Below, piece after piece: positions 36,511-47,087 of a DNA stretch of 64,000 nucleotides. Source of the stretch: a virus (taxonomy: Duplodnaviria > Caudoviricetes); IMG/VR virus record IMGVR_UViG_3300038443_000257, positions 23,496 to 87,495 of that record. The stretch is one strand, 5' to 3'. Position numbers and translations under genes: made by a program. The number at the start of each line of letters is the position of its first letter. Positions within the stretch are counted from its first letter, which is position 1. The notes below the pieces were generated by a model. The model was given only the letters and a program-made list of their open reading frames with translations. It was not told the DNA's origin and ran no database searches.

Positions 36511-39500
36511 TTAGACAGATTTTGTGTTGTGGCAAAGGAGCCCGCCAGCGAAATAAGTACCCGCGCCTTCGACACGGAAGCTAACTACTTGACCTTCTCC
36601 AACAGCTAGCACAGACTCCACAATGCTTTCCTTCAGGCCGAGAATCTGGTCGCCGCCGCGAAGGTTTTGTACAGTCACCCAGCCACGCTCGGCTACAGCA
36701 AATCGGTGATTTTCACTCCACTCCGTTGCTTCGCCGTTAGTAAGCTTGACACGATAGCGCTGTGCCCAAATGGTTGCCAAGTCTCGCACAGTGCCGCCTT
36801 GTGGCAAAGCCTGCATAGTTGAGTCATTGATAGCTGCTAGTTTAGCTCCGTTATGAAGTTCAGACGCATTGACTTCTTTACCGTTCAACAGCTTCACTTT
36901 CACCCAAGGAGCGGGGCACGCACCACCTTGGCTACCAGAACCTCCGCCACTAGAGCCTGCAACACCTGTGATTGTTCCCGTAGGAAGATTGGCATTATTC
37001 TGGTAGCTGTTTGAGTTAGACCCTGATACTCGCGATCCGTTGGGGGCAAAATCCTGCGTTGCAGACCAACCGTAACTATTTGCAATACGGATGCGCAAAT
37101 AACCAATATATACATACTGGCCACCTCCATTATTGGTGTCAAACACCACGTTCGGAGCAACCCCCGAAAGATTTGGATTGGAAGCAGAAGGATACGGAGA
37201 GTTGGCCAGAGAACTTCCGTTAAAAAAGAAGCCTAGTGCCCATGTCCCCCGAACGGTTCCAGTAGCACCGTCATACGTACGCGAAGGGCAGGCCGCGTAT
37301 AGTTCTATGAACGGAGACAAATCGGTAGGCTTTGCAAAAAACTGCACATGTATCTGGCTCATCGCATCCAGATTATCTGTATTGCCAGAGTAAGATGTAG
37401 GGGTAAGGGCATAACTGTGGTAGACAGATATGCTTCCAGATGCATCACCCTGCCACTGTTGGTTTAAGTTGTTTGTGGTGAAGTTCACCATAGCTGGTTT
37501 TGGAATAACCGACAAACAAGCGATATTTGGTGCACCACCCCTCGTCGTCGCATCGTTGTTGCCCCTCCAGATAATCCTGCCGTTAGCAATATTACCGTCA
37601 ACTCCTTGCAGCAATCGGAACCAGTAGTCTGACAGAACCTGTGTACCGACTTGCATAGAGTTGGCTGCAACTTTCAATGCTGTGCCAGTGGACGCCAACT
37701 TAGCACCCGCAGTAGGATTACCAATACCATCTTCCGCATAATTCGTTGTGCGCAGATCAGAAATATGCACAGAGTTGATAGCCTGATTGGCAATTAGAGT
37801 GGACGAGTTGGAACTAGTAATCTGCCCATTAACGTTCGTGCCAAGCGTTGCACCCACCGTGGCGTTGTCCGCAGGTTTGCCTGTGCCGGACACACCACTC
37901 CAAGTTGAAGTTGTCGATGCAATCGAAATATCCGCTGAAGTGTCTTCTGGAGCAGGCGTCCACGCCGTACCTTTATTACCCTCTTCAATTTGAATGGCAT
38001 CTACGGCCATCCAGGCATACGTTGTGCAATGAAAACCGAACCTAGGCTCTATGGTTGTTACGCCAGAAGGACAAGTCCAAACCAAAGAGGCTTTTGTCCA
38101 ACTGTCTTGATTCCCAAATACAACCCCGAAGTTCGCACCACCTATATGGGTTCCGTTTGACAATCTCCAAAAGGTACTTGTATTTGTAATTCCGCCCGCA
38201 GATTTATAATAGAAACTAAGTGTGTATGCCTTTCCCGGTGTAACTTGAGCTAGCGGGCCACCCAAGTAAAGATATGCATCCACTTCAGCACCCCCTGTAG
38301 GGTCGCTATCAAAAAACAAAAACTTACTTCCTACGTAGGGTGATGTAGCCCCTGTATCGATTACACCGCCTGTTTGAGTGGCACGGCTAACACTTCCAGA
38401 TGTTTCCGAGCAAGGGTGTTGTCCACGCTCAAATCCAGAGTCTTGTAGCAAGTTCCTTCCGCCCACAACAATATCAGCATTAAGTGTACCGGGCGCGGCA
38501 TTATTAGGATTCAACTGTGCGCCAGCCGCCAACAATACTGAGCCATCTGGATTATATATAGTGGCAGATTTCATAGTGACACCACCTGAAGCATCCACTG
38601 CAAAATTACCATTTGCAGAACTAATTGTCCCACTTACAGTTAAGTTGCCCGTATTTTCTGAAACAGAGTTAAGGCTTCCCACTTTCAACGAAGACCAATA
38701 TGGAATCGACCACGTCACTTTGTTCGTAGTGGGGTCATAAATACCGTCAGATTGATACAGGTATTGTCCAGAAGTTAGCGATGGTACTGTGCTGCTCCAC
38801 GTCCCAGTAATACCTCCATCGTTCGTAGCAGGTAAACTTGTATTGCCGGTTGTCTGTGCGGGAGTTGTGGTAGTTGTGGCTGTAGCAGACGCACAGTAAG
38901 CTGTAACGTACGATGCACCCTGTTGCCCCGTATTGCCGTTGCTGCCTGCGTATCCTACAGATGAAACAGATGCAGATGTCCAATTGAAACTTGTTTGTGT
39001 TACGGTAGCTGAGTCTACGAGATAGACCTTTGCCTCCCAAAGAGTCATCCCCGGAGTAGGAGACACCCCTGCCGAGGCAGACCAACCAGAAGGAAAAGAA
39101 CTTACTGCCCTGTTGCTCCATGTATAAGTTGCTGTACCAGAAGGGCTTGCTGGGATGCTTGCTGCCCATTGATAGACTGCTGTAGATGCACTCTGTACAC
39201 CACTATCACCTTGAGGGCCAGTTGCACCGTTCTTGGTCCACGCTTGAACAGTGGCGCTTGAATAGCTCACAGAGCTTGATGTTGTTCCAGATGCGGCTAC
39301 AATCTGCGCAATAGCCACAAACAGACTAAGATTGGCAGTACCCGGATTCGTAGGCACAGTGGTGCTCCAACCATCACCTGTCACGTATCCCGTGTTAGCA
39401 CCAGTTGACCAGTTATAATTAGATGTCCCTGTCGGATTTGCTGGAACAGTTGCCGCCCACTGATACAAGAAAGCCGTAGCGTATTGATTAGCTGGCGTGC

Positions 39501-40482
39501 CTGCTACACCTGTCTTAGACTTAGCAAGAGTCACTGTGAGCGGAATCGTAACTCCGTTATAAACTGCTTGCAGAACAGCACTCGCTGTATCTGCTGACAT
39601 TGCTGTGATGCTATATACACCCGAGGTATTAATAGTAATCGTACAATTGTTTTGTGAGGCAACAGAGTAAGTTACGCTTGCGCCAGTCTTATCAGTAATA
39701 CCATCATACACTTTGAACGTACCTGTAGCAGATGCATAGCTACCTACGGTGCCATCAGTTGCTGCTGCAAGTGTGATGGATTGATTGGTCAAGAAGCCAC
39801 TAACAGAATTTGTACCACCTGTCACTTGCACAAGCGTCATTTCATCTACATAGACGCTGCCGTTAATCGTCGCCTGTACACGATAATTACGCGACGATGT
39901 AAAGTCTCCAGATGCCACCTCATATGTCGCGGAAGTGGCCCCGCTGATGTTCGTCCAAGTAGTACCGTTCCAATATTGCCACTGGAATGATGTCGCGTTA
40001 TTACCGTACGGTGTTGCATTCAGCACAATAGATGTGGGAGTGAATGCAGATGTTGCAGTTGGGCGGCTAAACACTTGTCCACCAAACGTGGAGATTTCAA
40101 CCCAAGCAGCAGACGAGCCAGTTTGGCCCGCAGAGCCGTCTACAACTTTAGTGAGAGTTGTACTAGCATTGTACGTAGAACCATTTCGTGTTACACTTGC
40201 AGTAATAACAGCACTGCTCCCCGACATGCCGTTGTACGCTACAGTGGCAGTGTTATCTCCATTATCTGTAATAGTTGCACCAGCGGCGGTGAACGAAGCT
40301 GTACCAATAATGTTGAGGAGGTGGGCGGTAACAGTAATGTAGGAGGGATTGGTTGTCCCAGTTGCACTTACGTGGAATGTAGGAGAATCACTCGTAATTA
40401 GAATTGTTGCATCTTGAGAATTTACGTCTCGTTGAGTTATCCCCAACAAAAGTACATCCCTATCATTCATTACTGTTGCCAT
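36511..40482 (-). CDS. tail fibre/tail tip protein with repeats, CBM-like domain and C-terminal Hint domain
   Basis: 1323 aa, Thr/Ser/Gly-rich Ig-like repeats; GGRNLLQDSGFE...IEEGNKGTAWTPAPED; C-terminal CPAP...ENHRF...CHN-TKSV. Confidence 0.85.
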   Translation of the reverse strand: MATVMNDRDVLLLGITQRDVNSQDATILITSDSPTFHVSATGTTNPSYITVTAHLLNIIGTASFTAAGATITDNGDNTATVAYNGMSGSSAVITASVTRNGSTYNASTTLTKVVDGSAGQTGSSAAWVEISTFGGQVFSRPTATSAFTPTSIVLNATPYGNNATSFQWQYWNGTTWTNISGATSATYEVASGDFTSSRNYRVQATINGSVYVDEMTLVQVTGGTNSVSGFLTNQSITLAAATDGTVGSYASATGTFKVYDGITDKTGASVTYSVASQNNCTITINTSGVYSITAMSADTASAVLQAVYNGVTIPLTVTLAKSKTGVAGTPANQYATAFLYQWAATVPANPTGTSNYNWSTGANTGYVTGDGWSTTVPTNPGTANLSLFVAIAQIVAASGTTSSSVSYSSATVQAWTKNGATGPQGDSGVQSASTAVYQWAASIPASPSGTATYTWSNRAVSSFPSGWSASAGVSPTPGMTLWEAKVYLVDSATVTQTSFNWTSASVSSVGYAGSNGNTGQQGASYVTAYCASATATTTTTPAQTTGNTSLPATNDGGITGTWSSTVPSLTSGQYLYQSDGIYDPTTNKVTWSIPYWSSLKVGSLNSVSENTGNLTVSGTISSANGNFAVDASGGVTMKSATIYNPDGSVLLAAGAQLNPNNAAPGTLNADIVVGGRNLLQDSGFERGQHPCSETSGSVSRATQTGGVIDTGATSPYVGSKFLFFDSDPTGGAEVDAYLYLGGPLAQVTPGKAYTLSFYYKSAGGITNTSTFWRLSNGTHIGGANFGVVFGNQDSWTKASLVWTCPSGVTTIEPRFGFHCTTYAWMAVDAIQIEEGNKGTAWTPAPEDTSADISIASTTSTWSGVSGTGKPADNATVGATLGTNVNGQITSSNSSTLIANQAINSVHISDLRTTNYAEDGIGNPTAGAKLASTGTALKVAANSMQVGTQVLSDYWFRLLQGVDGNIANGRIIWRGNNDATTRGGAPNIACLSVIPKPAMVNFTTNNLNQQWQGDASGSISVYHSYALTPTSYSGNTDNLDAMSQIHVQFFAKPTDLSPFIELYAACPSRTYDGATGTVRGTWALGFFFNGSSLANSPYPSASNPNLSGVAPNVVFDTNNGGGQYVYIGYLRIRIANSYGWSATQDFAPNGSRVSGSNSNSYQNNANLPTGTITGVAGSSGGGSGSQGGACPAPWVKVKLLNGKEVNASELHNGAKLAAINDSTMQALPQGGTVRDLATIWAQRYRVKLTNGEATEWSENHRFAVAERGWVTVQNLRGGDQILGLKESIVESVLAVGEGQVVSFRVEGAGTYFAGGLLCHNTKSV
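36526..36918 (-). other. Hint (intein-like) autoprocessing domain within the tail fibre
   Basis: Starts with Cys after a Gly/Ser linker; block B SENHRF; GWVTVQNLRGGD; ends HN with +1 Thr. Confidence 0.8.
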
Positions 40483-40491
40483 TGTTTTCCT

Positions 40492-41970
40492 TTAAATTAA
40501 AACTTCCACCATGATAGTGCCATTGAACCAATTGGGACTTAGAGACACCACCACGCCATTTTTGCCGTTTGACAGGCCATACCGAGGATGCACCAAAGTG
40601 ATTGCACAGCCTAATGTCAAAGAGTTGATTAAATCGGACGTTCCTGTAAACTGAAACACGTTCCGAGGGGTGCTCCACAAAGTTACACGTCTATCAGCTT
40701 CCGCCGCTGCATCTACCCTACGCAAGAGCATTGTGTCAACTTGTGGGGGTGCTGCGTTAAGCTTGTAGTCGGCTTTGGCCGTTGCATTTGTCGATGTTGT
40801 TGTTAGCCATTCTTGTGCGAAAAGCTTCTTATGCTCATCTGGAATGCTCGTAAGTAGATTATCCTGCACAGTGTAGTTTTTGTCAAATCCTAGCTTAATC
40901 GATGCTTGTACAAGAGGTCTGCTGCTGATTTTAAGGCTACCCACAATAATCTGAGTCGTATCAATTCTTACAGGAGTGCCTGTCCCGTTGATATTCACTT
41001 GAATAAGGCGAAGCAAGCCAGAACGTGATGTAACCAAACGAGCATCGACACTTTTAGCTAATTCTTGGCAAGTGGTCAGCACATTATCTCCACTCTCCAA
41101 GAACACCCCCACAGGTTGCGGGCACGCTGTATCGAACGCTGAAAAGTTTGTAAGATCAATGTCGGAGTCAGTGTAACGGGAGGTAGCTGTACCAAAGTTG
41201 GTTGCCATCCGTCGGATAACACCAGCGATAGTGTTTACGTAGGTTGTGTTCTTATCCCCTTGAACAGATGCGGTAATTACCCCGGCAGACGAGTGGGACA
41301 AAGTGAACGTACCGTCAGATAAGCTCTTAGTAATTGCGATAGGAATGCCATTGTCCCGCACTTCGATAATATCTTCGATTGGACCATTATGCACTTGATA
41401 CTTAAGCTGAGTGGCGTCTAACAGTTCTGGTGTAACGTTGTGAACCTCACCAAAAGCCAACTTAAACAGGTTATCTTTATTTGTTGGATTGGTTGTATTG
41501 ACATCTCCAATCTTTTGCTCTGTAGCTGGAGTGTTCAACCGTTGAAGCTTGTCGAGAATCGTAAGTGTAAGGGTCTTCTCGTCCTTGCTGTCGATAGTGG
41601 CAACAATGCCATTGAAGATCATCTGAAAGTCCGAACGCTGCCAACTAGGATCGCCAATCCAAGCAACAATAGAACGATTATCCCACACATCATTAAGCCA
41701 ACTATCTCGCTCGCCGTTATTGTTAGCAATCTCAAGATCACCACCAGACAATCCGCCTGTCCCCTCAACATCCAGTTTTTCTGTGTATTGCAAACCGGAT
41801 GTCAGTACAGGAAGATATTGCTGGTTAGCAGGGGTGTCTGTGGGGGCCGTAACATAAGCCCCCGTTGAAAGGTAGCGAGTTGTTTCCACCCCGCCACTCT
41901 TCACATTCACCTCAACCAACACAATACGAGGAGCGGCAGGATTTTTAAGCCATGCCGCAAAATCAATCAT
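40492..41970 (-). CDS. tail hub/minor tail protein
   Basis: 492 aa directly after the tape measure; FGEVHNVTP, VRDNG. Confidence 0.75.
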   Translation of the reverse strand: MIDFAAWLKNPAAPRIVLVEVNVKSGGVETTRYLSTGAYVTAPTDTPANQQYLPVLTSGLQYTEKLDVEGTGGLSGGDLEIANNNGERDSWLNDVWDNRSIVAWIGDPSWQRSDFQMIFNGIVATIDSKDEKTLTLTILDKLQRLNTPATEQKIGDVNTTNPTNKDNLFKLAFGEVHNVTPELLDATQLKYQVHNGPIEDIIEVRDNGIPIAITKSLSDGTFTLSHSSAGVITASVQGDKNTTYVNTIAGVIRRMATNFGTATSRYTDSDIDLTNFSAFDTACPQPVGVFLESGDNVLTTCQELAKSVDARLVTSRSGLLRLIQVNINGTGTPVRIDTTQIIVGSLKISSRPLVQASIKLGFDKNYTVQDNLLTSIPDEHKKLFAQEWLTTTSTNATAKADYKLNAAPPQVDTMLLRRVDAAAEADRRVTLWSTPRNVFQFTGTSDLINSLTLGCAITLVHPRYGLSNGKNGVVVSLSPNWFNGTIMVEVLI

Positions 41971-41971
41971 A

Positions 41972-44900
41972 TTACCTCTCTACAATTTTATAAGATGTTC
42001 CAACTTTAGTTGCTGCAATTGCAGTTGTAGTTCCACTCACAATCTTGTTAGCAGCATTGTCTTGAGAATCATACACAGCCCCCACAAGCGTGTTGGTCGT
42101 AGCTTGATTAGACTCTGCGACAGTGGCTTTCAAGTCGTTAATAGCTGCAACAACATCGGCATGCACAACGGATTGCGTACCTGTCGAAACGGTTGCTGTC
42201 ACAGGAGTTATTGCCTGAGTGCTCCCAGTGCTTCCAATCGGCTTAATTTCACCCTTAGCTTCAGGGCTATTAGCAATGGCATTTGCAATATCTGTCAGCG
42301 AAACGCCTTGGCTAATTTTATCCAGCCAGAATTGCATACCTGCTGCGTCAGAAGCACGATGAAGGATGTCGTTGTACAACTTCTCAATTGCAGACTGTGC
42401 ATTGCTTGCCGCTTGATTCGCCACTTGATCACCTTTCGGAGTACCCTTGAGTGCAGTGATGAGATTGGCGATAGCTTGAGAAACAGTGAGCAGGCTATCA
42501 TTAACATCAATCAAACCTTCTACTTGCTTGTTCAAAGCATCTAACGTTGCTTGAGCGACATTCACTTGCTTCTGAGCCCATTCAGTTGCTTGCTGTGTCA
42601 CCTTCTGTGCGTACACAAAGTCTTTTTGATATTGTGCACCAGAGGCATTAGCCACTTTAGAAGCTTCAAGGAATGCTGTGTAGGACGCTTCAAACTGGTC
42701 TTGCGCATCTTTATCACCGTTCTGAGCTTTTTCAGCAACAGTCTCAAATTGAGATTTAGCTTCAAGGTACTTCTGCTGAGGAGTGAGAGGAGAAAGATCG
42801 CCAAGCATGCTAGAAGAGGACAATTGCTTCAACGTGGTGACAAGACTCTTCATCTTGTCTTGCGTCTCTTTAATCGCATCAGACTCGCGTTTGTAAGCGT
42901 CAGTCAGAGCACTGCGAGCATCATTTGCAAGCTTCTCAGTGTCATCGATTGTCTGCGCGAATGCAGGGGCAATGTTCATCAACGTGGCAAACATTTTCGC
43001 ACCGGCTTCTGTCGTCAAATCAAGGCTATCCACAACTTGCTTGAATTGCTCTTTAGTTTTGACGTAAGACAACCCAAGGCCATCCATAGCAGTAGACACA
43101 GACTTGATGATCGGCATAAGCTTTTCTTGATCTGTGTAGATTGCGTTAATGTAGGACTTAACACCTTTTGTCAGATTGTCAACAGAACCAAATTGTTCGA
43201 TCAAAGCTTCAGATGTGGAGATTGCATCTACTGCTTTTGGAATTGTTTTGCTGAGCGAATCAAACACATCTTTAACCTGTTGCAAGTCATTCGCAACACG
43301 CACCACAGTTTCCATCAACCCTTCACCAATCTTTTGATACTTCTGAAGGTCGGAGAACGCGAATTGCGCCATTTGATCGCCAAGCTTGGAGAATACATTC
43401 TGAAGAGTCTTTTGAATCTCGTCGCCGGTCATCCCTTTCAAGCTGATATTACCAATGTCAACAACAAAACTTTGCAGCTTCTTGTCAAACTCGTCGCCAC
43501 CAATACCAAGACCAACAGCAGCAGTTTTGAGCGTGTCTTCCATGCTCAACACAACCTGAGTGATTTGGCTATTGAAATCTGTGCCGAGTGACGTAACATC
43601 AGTATTGTGTCTATCGCTTCTGAACCATCCACCACTTGTCGTAGTGTTTGTATATTGTCCAGCAGACAAACCACTTTGAGCAATTTGACCTAAGTTTGCA
43701 GAATTGACCTTAAGGCCCGTATCGTCAACTGTAGTCTTTCCACCAAAGATCGATGTCGCAATTTTCCCTAAGATGCCGCCAACCACAGGAATACCGCCAA
43801 TTGCAGATGCCAATCCAGATACAGAAGAATTTGCCGTATAGCCTGTGAGGTTGGAGTCCCTGGCAATCAACGTTGCGAAAGCGGAAATACTGTTGTCCAA
43901 CTTACGCAAAGCATCCAGCATGTCATTTTGCACAATAAGACCAAGTCCAGAATTCTTCTCAGCGATTTTCAAGGAGTTGGCAATTGAGTCAGACTTTTGG
44001 CCAACAAGCTTGACATCAACACCGTCAAGGATTGTGGGAGCACCTAACACTGTGCCCGTACCTTGAGTTTTTTGTTGCAGGTCGGAAGACATTGGACCAC
44101 CACCTCCTCCACCCGTAACAGCCACGCCAAGTCCAGCAACAAGAGCCGTCATTGCAGCCATACGGGCAAATGCAGTGTACGGATCACCTTCACCTTGTGT
44201 CAGGATTGCGTTCACACCTTTAATCAAGGATAGGGCAACTTCGGCAGTGTGCAACACCATCGCAGCTTTAGCCATTGCCTGATAGCCTGTAGAGCCCTTC
44301 TCAAAGAACATCGATGCGGCACCTGCCATATCGCCGTACATGCCGAGTTGGTTTTGAGCACCTTGCAGACGAATGTCGTTAAGTTGCTTTTCCTTTTCGG
44401 TTTCACTGAGAGACTTGTTCTCGCTAATCACGCGAGCCTTGTCTGTAAGGCTAATTGCATCAGCCTGACCTTCTGCAAACGCTTTGAACATCTTGCCAGC
44501 AGCTTCCCCCGATGCACCAAAGGCATTCTTCAACGACTTCTCGATTTCGCTACCGATGTCTTTCCACATACGGATTTGTTCTGTGGCTACTTTCGTGAGT
44601 GCAGCAGAACGTCCAGCGTTAGCGTTAATTTTCGCTTGCACCTGTTCCCAAGCTTCTTGTGCCTTAGCACGATCTTCAAGGGCTTTCTTTTCTGCTGTGA
44701 GACGAATCACCTCTTCAGCACTACCTTCACCCATTGCAGTGATAGCATCGATCTGTTGTTGTTTCCAATCGATCTCTGCTTTGGTGAATTCATCTTGCAT
44801 CTGCTTCTCGTTAGTGATTGCATCACGAGCAGCGTCAGGCAAGCGGTTGTATGCGTCAATCTTGGCTTGCAGAGCCTGCGTCTGAGAATTCACTTGCGTG

Positions 44901-47086
44901 ACAAACTGCACAGTTTTAGCATCAGCATCATCTTGCTCTTTTTGCTGACGAGCAGCGGGGTCAGTTTCTGCAATAACTTTACGAGTTGCTGTGTCAGCTT
45001 GATTGCGCTCAAGACGCTTCTTGATTTCATTTCGCTTAGTTGCAGCCTCTTCCATAAGTTTTGTATCTTTGGAATAGAAGGAGTCGACCAACTTCAACTG
45101 AGCATTCAGCGAATTTTCTTCAAGCTTCGATTCGTTTTCAAGGAACTCTGCTTTAGCATGCTCGGCTGCCGAATTAGAAATCAGCTTCTTTTGTTGCAGA
45201 TCGTTGATGAACTTCAGTTGATTGTCATAATAGCGCTTATCAATTTCATATTCAGCATTGATTTCTGCAATCTTTGCGTTCAAACCCGCAAGACCTTCCT
45301 GCTTAGGCTTCGGTGCAGCTTTAATACTGTCCCGTTCAACCTGTTTACGCATCATTTCGACACTCGCATCCGACAATACACCTTGCATCATCGCAGCATA
45401 CGCTGGATCATTCTTAGCTTTCTCACGTTGCTGAGCGATGACGTTATCAAAACGAGCAAGACGTTGCTGAAGATTTTCTTCGCCTTTGGAACGTTCCATC
45501 AAGTTACGTAGATAGACTTGCTGTTCGTTAGCAAGGCGATCCATTGTCTTATTGTGCGCCTTATCCGCAGCGTCATATTCGCCCTGAAGAATTGCATTTT
45601 GAAGCTCTTTAATCTTGGCCTTGTCCTCGCGCACACCAAAGTCATTGTCACCTTTGCCGAAACTCTCAAGACGGGCAAGGTGCTCTTGCGTCTCTTTAAG
45701 TTGGTCTGTCAAACTTCCTTTGTGCAACAGGTTGTTCCAGAAGTTGGATGCCTTCTGTCCCATAGTGTCTAGAAGCGAGCCTAATGATGTAAGCTGAGAC
45801 TTCAATTCCTCAGCACGCTTCTTCTCCTCTTCCGCCAATGCGGCAATGGCAACGCGAGATGCTTGTGCATGTTCGCCTTGACGTTCAAGTTGAATAATGT
45901 GTGCGAGCACAGACGGCTCAAGGAAGTGCATTTGTTCGTCAAGCTGCATGGCAGCGTTAGACACATCTTTGAAACCTTTGTCTGTAATCTTCAAAGGATT
46001 GCCAGCCAACTTCTCAAAAGCCGCTGCTGTCTTTTCAATAGACACACCTGCGTACTTCTCCATGCCAACAGCAGCTTCGGCAATTAGATTAATTTGATCA
46101 GCAGTAAACTTGCCTGTGGAAGCAACAGCGATAACAGCCTCACGAGCCTTGCCGAATTCCCCGTAGGCAGAGCCAATACGATTTGCCATCGTGTACAGTG
46201 CATCTCCTGTTGCCCCAGCAGAGTTCCCTGTCAGAATAACTTCTTTGTTCAAATCTTTTAGAGCAGAAGCACTGTGCATGTACGTCATAATACCGGCAGC
46301 AAGTGCGACACCGACAGCCACGATGGCACTGAGCAACACACCGAACGATACACCAAGCGCACTTGCTGCACTTCCCAACGCCTTCCAAATTGCAGGCATT
46401 ACATTGACACGCTCGCCCAACACAAGCAAGGAGCCGTAAAAACGATTAAGCTGTCCTGTAGCAAGTTCGTGAGTCAAGACCAACAACTCACGAGACGTAC
46501 CCGCCGTAGCAAGGCTCAATCCTTCATGGGCACCTTTTGCGTTTTTAAGCTTGTTGATATATCCGTCAACTTGATCTGATACTCCAAGTTGGGCAGCACG
46601 CGAGCGCAATTGCTCTGCGTTATAATCTCGGATTTCTTTTGTTGTCATCCCCATTGTGTCAGCTTGACGCTTCAATGTCGCCACAAACGCATCTACATCT
46701 CTGTTAATGCTATTGGCAGCGGTTTGAGCTTGGCGCAGTGCAGCAGCCTCTTCTCGCGCTGCTGTTGCAGCATCTTTCCACCTCTGCACTTGCGACATCA
46801 TGTCGATTTTTTCCATCTGCTCACGGATTTTAGCAGCCATTTTAGCTGCTTCGTCTTGCGCAGATGTAGCATTCCTGACACTGCTTGTAAGTGCATTGAA
46901 TCCTTGTACAGCTTGTTGGGCAGCATCCACTTGCGCTTTTGCAGAGGCTTGTGCACCGCTACCAATATTGGATGTATTCTTCTCAGCTTTCTCGCCAGCA
47001 GTTGCAAGATCATTGAGTGCTTTTGTAGCATCAGCGATGCCTGTCGAATTAACGACAATTGTTAGACTTGAAGCTTCAAGGCTCAT
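41972..47086 (-). CDS. tail tape measure protein
   Basis: 1704 aa, Ala-rich and helical, lambda H-like N-terminal region (VILTGNSAG); follows the tail chaperones. Confidence 0.92.
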   Translation of the reverse strand: MSLEASSLTIVVNSTGIADATKALNDLATAGEKAEKNTSNIGSGAQASAKAQVDAAQQAVQGFNALTSSVRNATSAQDEAAKMAAKIREQMEKIDMMSQVQRWKDAATAAREEAAALRQAQTAANSINRDVDAFVATLKRQADTMGMTTKEIRDYNAEQLRSRAAQLGVSDQVDGYINKLKNAKGAHEGLSLATAGTSRELLVLTHELATGQLNRFYGSLLVLGERVNVMPAIWKALGSAASALGVSFGVLLSAIVAVGVALAAGIMTYMHSASALKDLNKEVILTGNSAGATGDALYTMANRIGSAYGEFGKAREAVIAVASTGKFTADQINLIAEAAVGMEKYAGVSIEKTAAAFEKLAGNPLKITDKGFKDVSNAAMQLDEQMHFLEPSVLAHIIQLERQGEHAQASRVAIAALAEEEKKRAEELKSQLTSLGSLLDTMGQKASNFWNNLLHKGSLTDQLKETQEHLARLESFGKGDNDFGVREDKAKIKELQNAILQGEYDAADKAHNKTMDRLANEQQVYLRNLMERSKGEENLQQRLARFDNVIAQQREKAKNDPAYAAMMQGVLSDASVEMMRKQVERDSIKAAPKPKQEGLAGLNAKIAEINAEYEIDKRYYDNQLKFINDLQQKKLISNSAAEHAKAEFLENESKLEENSLNAQLKLVDSFYSKDTKLMEEAATKRNEIKKRLERNQADTATRKVIAETDPAARQQKEQDDADAKTVQFVTQVNSQTQALQAKIDAYNRLPDAARDAITNEKQMQDEFTKAEIDWKQQQIDAITAMGEGSAEEVIRLTAEKKALEDRAKAQEAWEQVQAKINANAGRSAALTKVATEQIRMWKDIGSEIEKSLKNAFGASGEAAGKMFKAFAEGQADAISLTDKARVISENKSLSETEKEKQLNDIRLQGAQNQLGMYGDMAGAASMFFEKGSTGYQAMAKAAMVLHTAEVALSLIKGVNAILTQGEGDPYTAFARMAAMTALVAGLGVAVTGGGGGGPMSSDLQQKTQGTGTVLGAPTILDGVDVKLVGQKSDSIANSLKIAEKNSGLGLIVQNDMLDALRKLDNSISAFATLIARDSNLTGYTANSSVSGLASAIGGIPVVGGILGKIATSIFGGKTTVDDTGLKVNSANLGQIAQSGLSAGQYTNTTTSGGWFRSDRHNTDVTSLGTDFNSQITQVVLSMEDTLKTAAVGLGIGGDEFDKKLQSFVVDIGNISLKGMTGDEIQKTLQNVFSKLGDQMAQFAFSDLQKYQKIGEGLMETVVRVANDLQQVKDVFDSLSKTIPKAVDAISTSEALIEQFGSVDNLTKGVKSYINAIYTDQEKLMPIIKSVSTAMDGLGLSYVKTKEQFKQVVDSLDLTTEAGAKMFATLMNIAPAFAQTIDDTEKLANDARSALTDAYKRESDAIKETQDKMKSLVTTLKQLSSSSMLGDLSPLTPQQKYLEAKSQFETVAEKAQNGDKDAQDQFEASYTAFLEASKVANASGAQYQKDFVYAQKVTQQATEWAQKQVNVAQATLDALNKQVEGLIDVNDSLLTVSQAIANLITALKGTPKGDQVANQAASNAQSAIEKLYNDILHRASDAAGMQFWLDKISQGVSLTDIANAIANSPEAKGEIKPIGSTGSTQAITPVTATVSTGTQSVVHADVVAAINDLKATVAESNQATTNTLVGAVYDSQDNAANKIVSGTTTAIAATKVGTSYKIVER

Positions 47087-47087
47087 A

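Noticed and set aside
42551-45511. Long + strand ORFs (346 aa, 420 aa) opposite the tape measure gene, and 56153-57448 opposite the capsid genes
   Set aside because: Antisense shadows produced by codon bias of the real minus-strand genes; no RBS or protein-like motifs.
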